From assembly GCA_963736455.1 (NCBI GenBank), contig CAVTON010000001.1, forward strand, positions 2,070,513 through 2,134,512: a stretch of DNA of 64,000 nucleotides. Direction: 5' to 3'. Made by a program: the position numbers and the translations under genes. A model generated the notes under the pieces. That model saw nothing but the letters and a program-made list of their open reading frames with translations, ran no database searches and was not told where the DNA came from. The DNA is from an uncultured Acidobacteriota bacterium (GTDB taxonomy: Bacteria > Acidobacteriota > Thermoanaerobaculia > UBA5066 > Gp7-AA6). Every line of letters begins with the position of its first letter. Position 1 is the first letter of the stretch. Shown here one piece after another: positions 19,245-29,810 of the stretch.

Positions 19245-20188
19245 CGGCCGGGGCCGGAGGCCGGACCGGGCCACTCGGAGAGCCGGCCCGTCTCGTCGCC
19301 CGACCGCCACGCCATCCACGGCAGCCGCGGCCACACGAGCAGCGGCAGCGCGATCCCTCCCAGGCCGACCGCGCGGGCATGGGCGATGTCCGCGCGCAGC
19401 AGCGACGGCAGGTGGCGCCGCAGGAGCGCGGGCGCGAAGTTGCGGAACAGCGTGCGCCAGCGGTTGCGGGCCGTCCAGAACGCGCGGCGCAGCGGCGTCC
19501 GGCGGCCGGTGCGGGAGCCCTCGTGGCGCGCCACCGCGCGCGGATCGCAGACGAAGCGCCAGCCCGAGCGGCGAAGGCGCAGAGACAGGTCGACGTCCTC
19601 GTAGTAGGCGAAGAACGCCCCGTCGAAGACCGCGCCGCCCCGCGCCACGGCCTCGAGCGCCTCCCGCCGGTAGAGCGTCGCCGTCGCCGACACTCCGGAC
19701 ACTTCGAAGGGCTCGCGCGGCGCCTGCGACGCGTCCGCGCCCGAAAGCACCGGGACCGCCTCGCCGCGCGCGTTCCACGCGAGACCGGCGGAATCGACCT
19801 GCCGGCCGTCGTCCGAGAGGATCAGGCCCTGGGCCGCGGCGAGCCGGCCGTCGAGCTCGAGCCGCGCGGCGAGCCGCGCGACGTAGTCCGGCTCCAGCAC
19901 CGCGTCGTTGTTGAGGAGCAGGACGAAGAGCGAGCGCGTCCGCGCGATCCCCTCGTTCGCGCCGCCGGCAAACCCGAGGTTCCTGCTGAAGCCGATCACG
20001 CGCGCGGACGGCGCTTCGCGCGCGATCCGGTCCCTCTCCTCGGTGCGCGACGCGTTGTCCACGACGACGAGCGACAGGACGGCGCCGGTCTGCCGCTCGA
20101 GCGACGCCAGGGCCCGGAAGAGCGCGCCTCCGCCGTCGCGGTTGACCACGATGGCGTCCACGTCCGGAAGATGCGGGGAACCGTTCAA
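19241..20188 (-). CDS. glycosyltransferase family 2
   Basis: LNGSPHLPDVDAIVVNRDGG...VVVDNAS...LLLNNDAVLEP. TTG start at 20188. Confidence 0.65.
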   Translation of the reverse strand: MNGSPHLPDVDAIVVNRDGGGALFRALASLERQTGAVLSLVVVDNASRTEERDRIAREAPSARVIGFSRNLGFAGGANEGIARTRSLFVLLLNNDAVLEPDYVARLAARLELDGRLAAAQGLILSDDGRQVDSAGLAWNARGEAVPVLSGADASQAPREPFEVSGVSATATLYRREALEAVARGGAVFDGAFFAYYEDVDLSLRLRRSGWRFVCDPRAVARHEGSRTGRRTPLRRAFWTARNRWRTLFRNFAPALLRRHLPSLLRADIAHARAVGLGGIALPLLVWPRLPWMAWRSGDETGRLSEWPGPASGPGR

Positions 20189-20219
20189 ACGGTTGACTCG
20201 ATCGGCGCGCGCGATATGA

Positions 20220-21491
<1,272 letters not shown>

Positions 21492-21497
21492 CGGCCG

Positions 21498-22277
21498 TTG
21501 CCCCAGCCCCACGTCTTCGACGCGGTCCTCGCGGCGGCACGCCGGCTGCCGGGATACCCGCGCCTGCGCGTCCTCGACCTCTCCGCCGGCCGCGGCGAGA
21601 TCGCGGCGGCTCTCGCCCGCGACGGCTGCACGGTGCGCGGCACGCACTTCCGCGCGGACGACTACAAGCTGAAGGGCGCCACCTCGCCGCTGCCCGCCTC
21701 CCAGGTTCCGATCGATCCGGACGTCGACCTGATGCGGCCGCTGCCGTACCCGAGCGGTACCTTCGATCTCGTCGTCCTCTGCGAGGTCGCGGAGCACCTG
21801 CCCACCGAGATCCCCGTCGTCGCCGAGATCGGCCGCGTCCTTGCGCCCGGCGGCTTCCTGATTCTCTCGTCGCCGAACGTCGCGCGCCTGCATTCGCGCT
21901 GGCACTTCTTCTTCTCGGGGACCCACAAGCTGATCCGCCGCCGCACGGGCTGGGACCTCGGCGCCGACAGCCTCTACGCGTACCACATCAACCCGATCGA
22001 CTTCCCGCTCCTCCACACGCTGCTCTTCCAGGCGGGCCTCTCGATCGAGCGGCTCGACGTCACCCTCTTCAAGTGGAGACACGCGTGGCTCTTCCTCTTC
22101 TATCCGTTCGTCCGGCTCGCGGCGAGGATCGAGACCTCGCGCCACCGCTCGGGAGAGACGCATGCCCGCGGCGAGGACGACCTCTTCCGCTGGATGGTGC
22201 ACCCGGCGATGCTCGGGAGCGAGCAGCTCCTGTTGACCGCGCGCAAACGGCCTTCCGATCCGCGACAGGCTTCGTAG
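21498..22277 (+). CDS. class I SAM-dependent methyltransferase
   Basis: LDLSAGRGE glycine-rich motif I and the LILSSPN motif. TTG start 7 nt after the serS stop. Confidence 0.55.
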   Translation: MPQPHVFDAVLAAARRLPGYPRLRVLDLSAGRGEIAAALARDGCTVRGTHFRADDYKLKGATSPLPASQVPIDPDVDLMRPLPYPSGTFDLVVLCEVAEHLPTEIPVVAEIGRVLAPGGFLILSSPNVARLHSRWHFFFSGTHKLIRRRTGWDLGADSLYAYHINPIDFPLLHTLLFQAGLSIERLDVTLFKWRHAWLFLFYPFVRLAARIETSRHRSGETHARGEDDLFRWMVHPAMLGSEQLLLTARKRPSDPRQAS

Positions 22278-22298
22278 GGGCGGCCCTTGCGGCCGCCC
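22278..22298. terminator. GC hairpin GGGCGGCC-CTTGC-GGCCGCCC
   Basis: Perfect 8-bp stem immediately after the methyltransferase stop. Same stem as the hairpins at 12781 and 45862. Confidence 0.5.
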
Positions 22299-22359
22299 GC
22301 GGGCGGGGGCAACCCCCGCACCGACGGCAAGCGCCCGATCGGGATTTCGCGACTGGACG

Positions 22360-22971
22360 CTAGAGAGATGCAGGCGCCGGAGGGACGAGCGCTCCCGCCG
22401 AGACGATCATCTTCATCGCCTGCTCGGGAGTCATGTCGAGGTAGGTCACCTTCTCCTGCGGAACGACCAGGAGAAACCCCGTCGTCGGATTGACCGCGCT
22501 CGGAATGAAGAGGCTGCAGACCTTCCGGCCGGTCTTCGCCGACGTCTCACCGTCGGCCGTCGACGTGACGAAGCCGAGTCCCCAGGTTCCGGGCGACGGA
22601 AACTCGACGATCGCCACCCTCCCGAAGGAGCCGATCCGCGACGGACCGAGCAGGAGCTCGGCAATCTGGCGCAACGTGACATAAATCTTGTTGATGAGCG
22701 GGACGCGGTGCATCAGCCGGTCCCACAGCGCGAAGAGCCGCTTACCGGCGAAGTTCGCCGCGACGAAGCCGAGAACGAGCAGCAGGACATTCAGGAGAAC
22801 GAAGCCGAGGCCCACGACGGAGATTCCGCGCGCCCGCAGCTGCGCCCCGAGAATGTTGTCGAAGAAGTTGAAGAGGCTCCAGACGACCCACAGCGTCAGC
22901 GCCGTCGGAGCGAGAACGACGATCCCGGCCACCCAGTAGCGGCGCAGGCGGACGCCGACGGTCGCCGACAT
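22360..22971 (-). CDS. DUF502 family membrane protein
   Basis: Two N-terminal TMs, then the conserved NKIYVTLRQIAELL and VAIVEFP...GFV region. Confidence 0.5.
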   Translation of the reverse strand: MSATVGVRLRRYWVAGIVVLAPTALTLWVVWSLFNFFDNILGAQLRARGISVVGLGFVLLNVLLLVLGFVAANFAGKRLFALWDRLMHRVPLINKIYVTLRQIAELLLGPSRIGSFGRVAIVEFPSPGTWGLGFVTSTADGETSAKTGRKVCSLFIPSAVNPTTGFLLVVPQEKVTYLDMTPEQAMKMIVSAGALVPPAPASL

Positions 22972-23018
22972 GACGCCATGGTAACTCGCCCGCGGGAAGA
23001 CGCGATCGTGCCCGTACA

Positions 23019-24128
23019 ATGGACGCGATGCGTTCGATCGCGCGATGCGCTCTCAGCGTTCTCCTTCTCGCCGCCGGCGCGCCCCCGGGGGTCCGAGCCC
23101 AGGGCGCCGGATGGGAGACCTTCGGGCCCGCCCTTTTCCAGGTCAACGCCCTGTCCACGCCGGCGCAGAATCTGACCGTCTACGCCGCGAGCGCCGACCC
23201 GACGTCGGGAGCGAGCGGCATCTTCGGAAGCACCGACGGCGGCGGTACGTGGAACGGCCTGGTCAGCGCCCCGGCCAACGAGATCTACGCCGATATCCTC
23301 GCCGACGGCGTCGACGCCGGAGCTCTCTACGCCGGCGCGCCCGACACGGGCGACGGGACCACGAAAATCTACCGTTCGATCAATTCCGGCGGCACGTGGG
23401 TCCTCGGCCAGACGATCCCGGCGTACTGCGTTCCGTCCTTCGTCCAGCTGACGACCGGGGACGTGCTCGTGTCCTGCGGGACGCTCCTCTACCGCCTGGC
23501 GTCGGGCGGCACCTGGGGACCGCTCTCGAACCCGTTCACCGAGGCGACGCGCCTGACCGCAGGGCCGAGCGGCGTCGTCCTGGCCTTCGGACCGACCCAC
23601 ATCTTCAAGAGCACGAACCGCGGCGATTCCTGGACCGCGTCGGGCAGCGCCCCCGGGGCCTGCCCCGGCTTGAACGCGCTGCGCGTCCACCCGGGCAACG
23701 CGAGCTCGCTCGTCGCCGGAACGGGTGTGACCGGCGCACAGGGGTTCCAGTGCGGCGGCATATACCGGAGCGCCAACGGCGGAACGACCTGGAGCGCGAC
23801 GGGTCTGTCCGGCGTCTACGCGACGGACGTCGCCATCAACCCCGGGTCGCCGAGCCAGATGTTCGCGAGCGCCGGTTACGCCCCGGGGATCCTTCCCGTG
23901 GGCGGCGTGTTCCAGAGCCTCGACGGCGGCGCCACCTGGTCCGATCTCGCGCTTCCCCAGCCCGGCGCCGGGAGCATCGCCCTGTCCCACGACGCGAACC
24001 TGATCTACGCCGCGACGTCGCTCGGCGTCTATCAGCGCAACGTGGAGATCGCGATCCCGACCGCGCCGCGCGGCCGCCCCGTGCTGCCGCCCGGCAGCCC
24101 GCCCCCTCGCGTCGTCGACCGGCCTTAG
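23019..24128 (+). CDS. secreted BNR/Asp-box repeat protein (Ycf48/sortilin-like beta-propeller)
   Basis: Signal peptide, and repeated S-x-D/N-G-G-x-T-W Asp-box motifs (STDGGGTWN, SINSGGTWV, STNRGDSWT, SANGGTTWS, SLDGGATWS). Confidence 0.55.
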   Translation: MDAMRSIARCALSVLLLAAGAPPGVRAQGAGWETFGPALFQVNALSTPAQNLTVYAASADPTSGASGIFGSTDGGGTWNGLVSAPANEIYADILADGVDAGALYAGAPDTGDGTTKIYRSINSGGTWVLGQTIPAYCVPSFVQLTTGDVLVSCGTLLYRLASGGTWGPLSNPFTEATRLTAGPSGVVLAFGPTHIFKSTNRGDSWTASGSAPGACPGLNALRVHPGNASSLVAGTGVTGAQGFQCGGIYRSANGGTTWSATGLSGVYATDVAINPGSPSQMFASAGYAPGILPVGGVFQSLDGGATWSDLALPQPGAGSIALSHDANLIYAATSLGVYQRNVEIAIPTAPRGRPVLPPGSPPPRVVDRP

Positions 24129-24130
24129 CG

Positions 24131-24238
24131 GGAGAAGTGGCGGAGAGGACGGGATTTACCGCCGGGCTGCCGCACGGCGCTCCCTACTGCCGAGGGCCTG
24201 CCCTTTGTGGCCGGGTCGGTGGACGGCTCGAACCCGTG
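24131..24238 (-). repeat. tRNA-3'-end-like fragments in inverted orientation relative to tRNA-Ser(GCT)
   Basis: The minus strand of 24131-24157 reads GGTAAATCCCGTCCTCTCCGCCA, matching the last 21 nt of the tRNA at 24313-24406. A second T-arm-like CACGGGTTCGAGCCGTCC lies at 24221-24238. Confidence 0.4.
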
Positions 24239-24312
24239 AAGAGCTCGACGCGCGGGGCTACCGTTCCCTCTCGAGCTTCAATCCACTAACATTCGACATC
24301 CTGACCACTCGC

Positions 24313-24406
24313 GGAGAGGTGGGTGAGTGGCTTAAACCAGCGGTTTGCTAAACCGCCGTAGGGGCTTAAACCTCTACCACGGGTTCAAATCCCGTCCTCT
24401 CCGCCA
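24313..24406 (+). tRNA. tRNA-Ser (anticodon GCT)
   Basis: GGAGAGG acceptor pairing CCTCTCC. Anticodon loop TTGCTAA. Long variable arm. GGGTTCAAATCCCGT T-arm. Encoded CCA. Confidence 0.85.
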
Positions 24407-24436
24407 TTCGCAGCGCTCGCGATAGCATCCGGCGCG

Positions 24437-26650
24437 GTGCGCAAGGTCCTCCTGGTTCTCATCATCGTCGTCCTCGCCGCGGGCGGCTGGTGGGCGCACG
24501 AGAACACGCTGAGCCGCCTGCGGGCCCGCTACACCCCCTGGATGGAGAGGCTCGGCCGATGGCGAGACGCCTGCGAAGGCGCGCGCCGCGCCCTCCGAAG
24601 CCGCGAATCGACGAGCGCGGATCCCGCGGGAATCGCGGCGCTGCGGGCGTGGGCCTGGCAGGACCTCGATCGGATCGCCTACGTGGATTACCGGGTCGAA
24701 AAGCCCGTACACGACATCGGCAGCGGCATCGACGACACCACCGGTCGCGTGACGTTCACCGTCGGCGGTTTCCGAGCCGATGGCGCGCGTGTCGAACGGG
24801 CGGCGAGCGCAACCGTCGCTCGCTACGACGAGTCGCTCGCGGGAGCGGGCCGGCCCGGCCGCCATGGCGCTTCCGCGGAACTCCTGCAGCCGCTCTGGAA
24901 CCGCGTCGAAACGACGCCCCGCTTCCACGACGGCACCGCCGAGGCGGGCCTCGGGGCGCCGCGCCGCGATCCGCCGCTGAAGCTCGTCAACCACCTGATC
25001 TCGGACATCTGGCCGGGCTCCGGCGTCGCCGTCCTCGACTACGACCGGGACGGGCACGAGGACCTCTTCGTCGCCGACGGCGTGCGCTCGATCCTCTACC
25101 GCAACGACGGACGCGGCCGCTTCACCGACGTGACCGAGAAAGCAGGCCTCGCGAAGTCGGCCGACGACGGCATCGCGGCGACCGGCGTCGCCGCGGGCGA
25201 CGTGGACGGCGACGGCTTTCCCGATCTCTTCGTGACGAACGCGTTCGGACCGGCCCGCCTGTTCCACAATCGGGGAGACGGGACGTTCGAAGAGACGACG
25301 GCATCGTCGGGAATCGCGGTCGGCCCCAACGCCCGTTCGGCCGCGTTCGCCGACGTGGACGGCGACGGCGACCTCGACCTCTTCGTCTGCGTCACCGGCG
25401 ACTACTACAACCAGATGCCCGATCCGCCCTTCGACGCCAAGGACGGGCGCGAGAACGTCCTCTACCTGAACGACGGCCACGGCCATTTCACCGATGCGAC
25501 GAAGGCGTGGGGCCTCTCGGGCACCACCCGCTGGACGCTCTCCTCCCTCTTCCAGGACTACGACCAGGACGGCCGCGTCGACCTGATGGCGACCAACGAT
25601 TTCGGTCTGAAGAACCTCTATCGCAACGTGGACCGGCGCCGCTTCCAGGACGTCGCGAAGAAGACCGGCACGGAGGCACGCGCCTACGGCATGTCGGGCG
25701 CCTGGGCGGACTTCGACGGCGACGGACGGCCGGACCTCTACACGACCGGCACCGACACCCAGTGGTACTTCGTCCACGAGTACCCGTCGCTTCCGATCGG
25801 AATCGCCGGCCGCCTCTTTCTGCCTTACGCCGTGAAGTGGTGTGAGCAGATGGCGAGCGGCGACACGCTGCTCCTCCAGAGGGCCGACCACACCTTCGAG
25901 GACGCGACCGCCCGCTCGGGCGCCGCGCACGCGGGCTGGAACTGGAGCGCGATCGCCGCGGACCTCGACGACGACGGCTGGCCCGACATCTACGCGACCA
26001 ACGGCATGTGGGGCGACGGACGGGATCGCGACGTCGAGCTCGAGTTCTGGTGGCAGACCCTCGCCTACTGGGACGATTACGTCGCGGGCACCAGGACGTT
26101 CGACCGCCGGGGCGCCGGCATCGCCGGCATCGAGCGCGATCGCTACTTCCACAACCGCGGCGGCGCGGCGGCCGGCGCGCCCCTCTTCGAAGACCGGGCG
26201 TTTCTCGACGGCCTCGACCTCGAGTCAAACGGCCGCGCGGCCGTCGCCTTCGACGCCAACGGCGACGGAGCCCTGGACGTGTACATCCGCTCGATCGGGG
26301 CGCCCGAAGCCATCTTCTTCGGCTCGCGCCGCCCGGACGAGCACTACCTGCGCGTCAAGCTTCGGGGAACGCCGGGCCGCGACAACTCCGACGGCATCGG
26401 TGTCGAGATCACGGCCGTCCTCCCGGGTGGGCGGGCGATCGCGACGCAGAACGCGAATCCGAGCGGATACCTCTCGACCGGCAGCCCCATCGTGCATCTC
26501 GGGCTCGGCAAGGCGACCCGGCTCGATCGCCTGACGCTGCTCTGGCCGTCCGGCCGCGTGCAGGATCTCGGCCCGATCGAGCGCGTGGATCGCACGATCG
26601 TCGTCGACGAGGACCGCGGCGTGCGGGATTTCGAAGCCGGGCGGCGTTAA
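24437..26650 (+). CDS. FG-GAP/VCBS repeat protein with ASPIC-UnbV-like C-terminus (CRTAC1 family)
   Basis: N-terminal TM, then multiple DxDxDGxxD FG-GAP calcium-binding repeats (DYDRDGHEDLFV, DVDGDGFPDLFV, DVDGDGDLDLFV, DFDGDGRPDLY). Confidence 0.7.
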   Translation: MRKVLLVLIIVVLAAGGWWAHENTLSRLRARYTPWMERLGRWRDACEGARRALRSRESTSADPAGIAALRAWAWQDLDRIAYVDYRVEKPVHDIGSGIDDTTGRVTFTVGGFRADGARVERAASATVARYDESLAGAGRPGRHGASAELLQPLWNRVETTPRFHDGTAEAGLGAPRRDPPLKLVNHLISDIWPGSGVAVLDYDRDGHEDLFVADGVRSILYRNDGRGRFTDVTEKAGLAKSADDGIAATGVAAGDVDGDGFPDLFVTNAFGPARLFHNRGDGTFEETTASSGIAVGPNARSAAFADVDGDGDLDLFVCVTGDYYNQMPDPPFDAKDGRENVLYLNDGHGHFTDATKAWGLSGTTRWTLSSLFQDYDQDGRVDLMATNDFGLKNLYRNVDRRRFQDVAKKTGTEARAYGMSGAWADFDGDGRPDLYTTGTDTQWYFVHEYPSLPIGIAGRLFLPYAVKWCEQMASGDTLLLQRADHTFEDATARSGAAHAGWNWSAIAADLDDDGWPDIYATNGMWGDGRDRDVELEFWWQTLAYWDDYVAGTRTFDRRGAGIAGIERDRYFHNRGGAAAGAPLFEDRAFLDGLDLESNGRAAVAFDANGDGALDVYIRSIGAPEAIFFGSRRPDEHYLRVKLRGTPGRDNSDGIGVEITAVLPGGRAIATQNANPSGYLSTGSPIVHLGLGKATRLDRLTLLWPSGRVQDLGPIERVDRTIVVDEDRGVRDFEAGRR

Positions 26651-26662
26651 ACTCGCGGATTC

Positions 26663-28264
26663 ATGCCGGAAACGAGCACCGCCGAGAGCGCTTCCTACGA
26701 CGTCGTCATCGTCGGCGGCGCGATCTCGGGCGCCTCCACCGCGATCGTCCTGAAGCGCGGCAACCCGAAGCTGCGGATCCTCGTCGTGGAGAAGACGGAG
26801 GCCTTCGACTGGAAGGTCGGCGAGTCCACCGTGGAGGTCTCGGCCTACTTCCTGACGCGCGTCCTCAAGCAGTGGACTTACCTAACGCGCGAGCAGCTCC
26901 CGAAGCAGGCCTTCCGCTACTGGTTCGTCAACGAAGAGGTCACGTGCCTGCGCGAGGCCTCCGAGACCGGGCCCACGCAGCTCGCCCGCACGCCGTCCTT
27001 CCAGCTCGATCGTGCGAAGCTCGACGAGCACCTCCTCTCGGTGGCGCGCGAGGAGGGCAGCGAGGTCTGGCGGCCGGCGAAGGTCGCCGCCTGGACGCTC
27101 GGCGAGGGCGCCGGTGAAAACACGCTGACGGTCGAGAGGGCCGACGGGACCACCGCCGCCGTCTCGTGCCGCTGGCTCGTGGACGCGACCGGCCGCCAGG
27201 CGATGCTCGCCCGAAAGCGCGGCGGCGTCACGCCGATCGAGTCGCACCCGATCTCGGCGATCTGGGTTCGCTATGACGGCGTCCGGGACCTGGACGGCGT
27301 GGATCTCGCCGGAAGCGACCCGGGGGACTCCTGGCAGCGGTCGGTGATCGCACCGCGCCGTCTCGCGACCAATCACTTCACCGGCTGGGGATACTGGATC
27401 TGGTTCATTCCCCTGCACGACGGGCAGGTCAGCGTCGGCCTCGTCTGGGACAGGCGCCTCGTCGATCCCCAGGGCCGCACTCCGCTCGAGAAACTCACGC
27501 GGTTTCTCGACGGCAACCCTCTCTGCCGCGAGCTGCTCGGACCGGCGACGCCGATCGAGGGCGACTGCCGCTACTACGCCCATCTCCCCTACTTCGTGGA
27601 TCGCTATGTCGGCCCGGGCTGGACGTGCGTAGGCGACGCCGGAGGCTTCCTCGATCCTTTCTACTCGCCCGGCCTCGACCAGATGGCGTTCTCGGTGTGG
27701 TCGCGGACCCGGCTGATCCTCGAGGACTTCGCCGGTGCGGCGCCCGAGGCGATGGCGCAGAAGTACGCCGACCACAACCGGCGCTACGGCCGCTACTTCC
27801 GGTACTTCTACGACTCGATCTACAAGGACAAGTACTACGTCATGGGCGACTACGACACCATGACGACGGCGTTTCTCCTCGACACCGCGCTCTACTACTT
27901 TGCGGCGATCATGCCGCTGTACCGCTGGTCGAACGAGCGCCTCGGCGTGCCGCCCTTCTTCCAGGACGGCGCCGAGGTCGGCTACTACCCGATCCGCTTC
28001 TACAACCGGCGCCTGAGCGCGATCGCCCGGCGCAAGATGGCGCTCGGCGTCTACGGCAACCACAACGCCGGACGCCGCCCGAAGTTCGTCGGGTTCTCGG
28101 TGCGGAGCGCGATGTGGGTGATGCTCTTCCACGGCCTCGCGCGCTGGGCGAAGGCCGAGCTCGCGAACGCCTGGACCTACGTCGTGCGGCCGCGGCCGAT
28201 CGGCCGCCGCGCGCCGCCCGCCTCCGACCACGTCGCCGAGCCAAGCGGCGTCGAGGCGCGTTAG
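26663..28264 (+). CDS. flavin-dependent halogenase-like FAD oxidoreductase
   Basis: GGAISGAS dinucleotide motif, KVGESTVE (GxGEAT-like), and the GWGYWIWFIPL (WxWxIP) signature of tryptophan-halogenase-family enzymes. Confidence 0.6.
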   Translation: MPETSTAESASYDVVIVGGAISGASTAIVLKRGNPKLRILVVEKTEAFDWKVGESTVEVSAYFLTRVLKQWTYLTREQLPKQAFRYWFVNEEVTCLREASETGPTQLARTPSFQLDRAKLDEHLLSVAREEGSEVWRPAKVAAWTLGEGAGENTLTVERADGTTAAVSCRWLVDATGRQAMLARKRGGVTPIESHPISAIWVRYDGVRDLDGVDLAGSDPGDSWQRSVIAPRRLATNHFTGWGYWIWFIPLHDGQVSVGLVWDRRLVDPQGRTPLEKLTRFLDGNPLCRELLGPATPIEGDCRYYAHLPYFVDRYVGPGWTCVGDAGGFLDPFYSPGLDQMAFSVWSRTRLILEDFAGAAPEAMAQKYADHNRRYGRYFRYFYDSIYKDKYYVMGDYDTMTTAFLLDTALYYFAAIMPLYRWSNERLGVPPFFQDGAEVGYYPIRFYNRRLSAIARRKMALGVYGNHNAGRRPKFVGFSVRSAMWVMLFHGLARWAKAELANAWTYVVRPRPIGRRAPPASDHVAEPSGVEAR

Positions 28265-28322
28265 AAGGCTCGCCCCGAATCGGCCTTTCCCCCCACGCCC
28301 GGCCTCGCGTATCGTCCGGGCG

Positions 28323-29108
28323 ATGCCGACGGCGCTCGTCACCGGCGCGACCTCGGGGATCGGGCTGGAGCTCGCCACGCTCCTCGCCCGCGACCGGCAC
28401 GACCTCGCGCTCGTCGCCCGCACCCGCGACCGCCTGGAATCCGTGGCCCGCGGCCTGGCCGAGGAGTTCGGCGTGCGGGCCATGGCGCTCCCCTTTGACC
28501 TCGCCCGGCCGGAGGCGCCCGCCGAGATCGTCCGCGAGCTGTCGCGGCAGGGCTCGAATGTCGACGTCCTGGTCAACAACGCCGGGTTCGGGGTCCATGG
28601 GCTGTTCGCCTCGACGCCGGCCGACAAGGACCGTGACGTGCTGCAGGTCAACGTCGTGGCGCTGACGGAGCTGACGAAGCGCCTGCTGCCCGGCATGCTC
28701 GAGCGGCGGCGCGGGCGGATCCTCAACCTCGCCTCGACGGCGGCTTTTCAGCCGGGACCGCTGATGGCCGTGTACTACGCGAGCAAGGCGTACGTCCTCT
28801 CGTTCTCCGAGGCGCTTTCGAACGAGCTGTCCGGGACCGGGGTGACCGTCACCGCCCTGTGCCCCGGTCCGACGATCACCGAGTTTCAGAAGCGGGCGGG
28901 CATCGAAGGGACGGCCCTCTTCACCGGACCCCTCGTGATGGAGCCCTCGGAAGTCGCGCGGGCCGGGTACCGCGGCATGCGCCGCGGACAGCGTCTCGTG
29001 ATTCCGGGTTTCGGGAACAACGTCCTGGTCCAGGCGCTGCGCGTCACGCCCCGCCGCGTCGCGACGGCGGTCGCGCGGAGGATCCAGGAGAAGCGGACCT
29101 CGCGATGA
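28323..29108 (+). CDS. SDR family oxidoreductase
   Basis: TGATSGIG, NNAG, and a YxxxK catalytic region (YYASKAY). Confidence 0.8.
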   Translation: MPTALVTGATSGIGLELATLLARDRHDLALVARTRDRLESVARGLAEEFGVRAMALPFDLARPEAPAEIVRELSRQGSNVDVLVNNAGFGVHGLFASTPADKDRDVLQVNVVALTELTKRLLPGMLERRRGRILNLASTAAFQPGPLMAVYYASKAYVLSFSEALSNELSGTGVTVTALCPGPTITEFQKRAGIEGTALFTGPLVMEPSEVARAGYRGMRRGQRLVIPGFGNNVLVQALRVTPRRVATAVARRIQEKRTSR

Positions 29109-29494
29109 CTCCCGCCATGGATCCCCGATTCGGGCGGGAACGGCGGCAGCGGTTGGTGACCCGGGCGATCCTCGCCGTGGGTTTCACGGCCGCGGTCGCG
29201 GTCTGGTTCGCCGCGAGCGCGCGGCCGGGCAACCCCCTCGGCTACGACCCGCTCGAGAACAAGCGGTACATCCACGATCTCGAGGTGTACGGCGGGACCG
29301 CCAACGTCCTGGCCACCGAGTTCCGGGAGTGGGTCGCCGGTCTCTGGTACGGAAAGAATCTCGCCTACACGATCGCCGCGCTGACGCTGATCACGGTGGG
29401 ATTCGTGCGCTTTCTCGCGATCCCGCCCGTCGACGACGATTCGGACGACGGCGAACCACCCGCCGGTCCGCCGCCGACTCGCCCGGCGGCTTAG
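29105..29494 (+). CDS. hypothetical two-TM membrane protein
   Basis: ATGA overlap with the SDR stop. Two hydrophobic helices and an acidic C-terminal tail. Confidence 0.4.
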   Translation: MTPAMDPRFGRERRQRLVTRAILAVGFTAAVAVWFAASARPGNPLGYDPLENKRYIHDLEVYGGTANVLATEFREWVAGLWYGKNLAYTIAALTLITVGFVRFLAIPPVDDDSDDGEPPAGPPPTRPAA

Positions 29495-29552
29495 CCGGGC
29501 GGCCGGCGGCGCCGGCAGTCGAGCGGCGGCGCTCGCCGCTCCGATCGAAAGG

Positions 29553-29807
29553 TCAGGCGGCCTTCGGGGCCGACATCTTCCGAACGAGCCAGGTCAGAAT
29601 GACGGCCCCGAGGACGGCGACCAGAATCGTGTAGATCATGCCGCCCTCGCCCGCAAAACCGAGCAACCGCATCAGGAAACCGCCGATGAGCGCGCCGATG
29701 AGCCCGATGATGATGTCCATGAGGGCGCCCTTGCCCCCGCTTCCCATGAGCTTCCCGGTCAGCCAACCCGCGATGAGACCCACGATGAGCCACCAGATGA
29801 TCCCCAT
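29553..29807 (-). CDS. GlsB/YeaQ/YmgE family stress-response membrane protein
   Basis: An 84-aa protein with Gly-zipper TM helices (LIVGLIAGWLTGKLMG..., LIGALIGGFL). Confidence 0.65.
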   Translation of the reverse strand: MGIIWWLIVGLIAGWLTGKLMGSGGKGALMDIIIGLIGALIGGFLMRLLGFAGEGGMIYTILVAVLGAVILTWLVRKMSAPKAA

Positions 29808-29810
29808 GAG

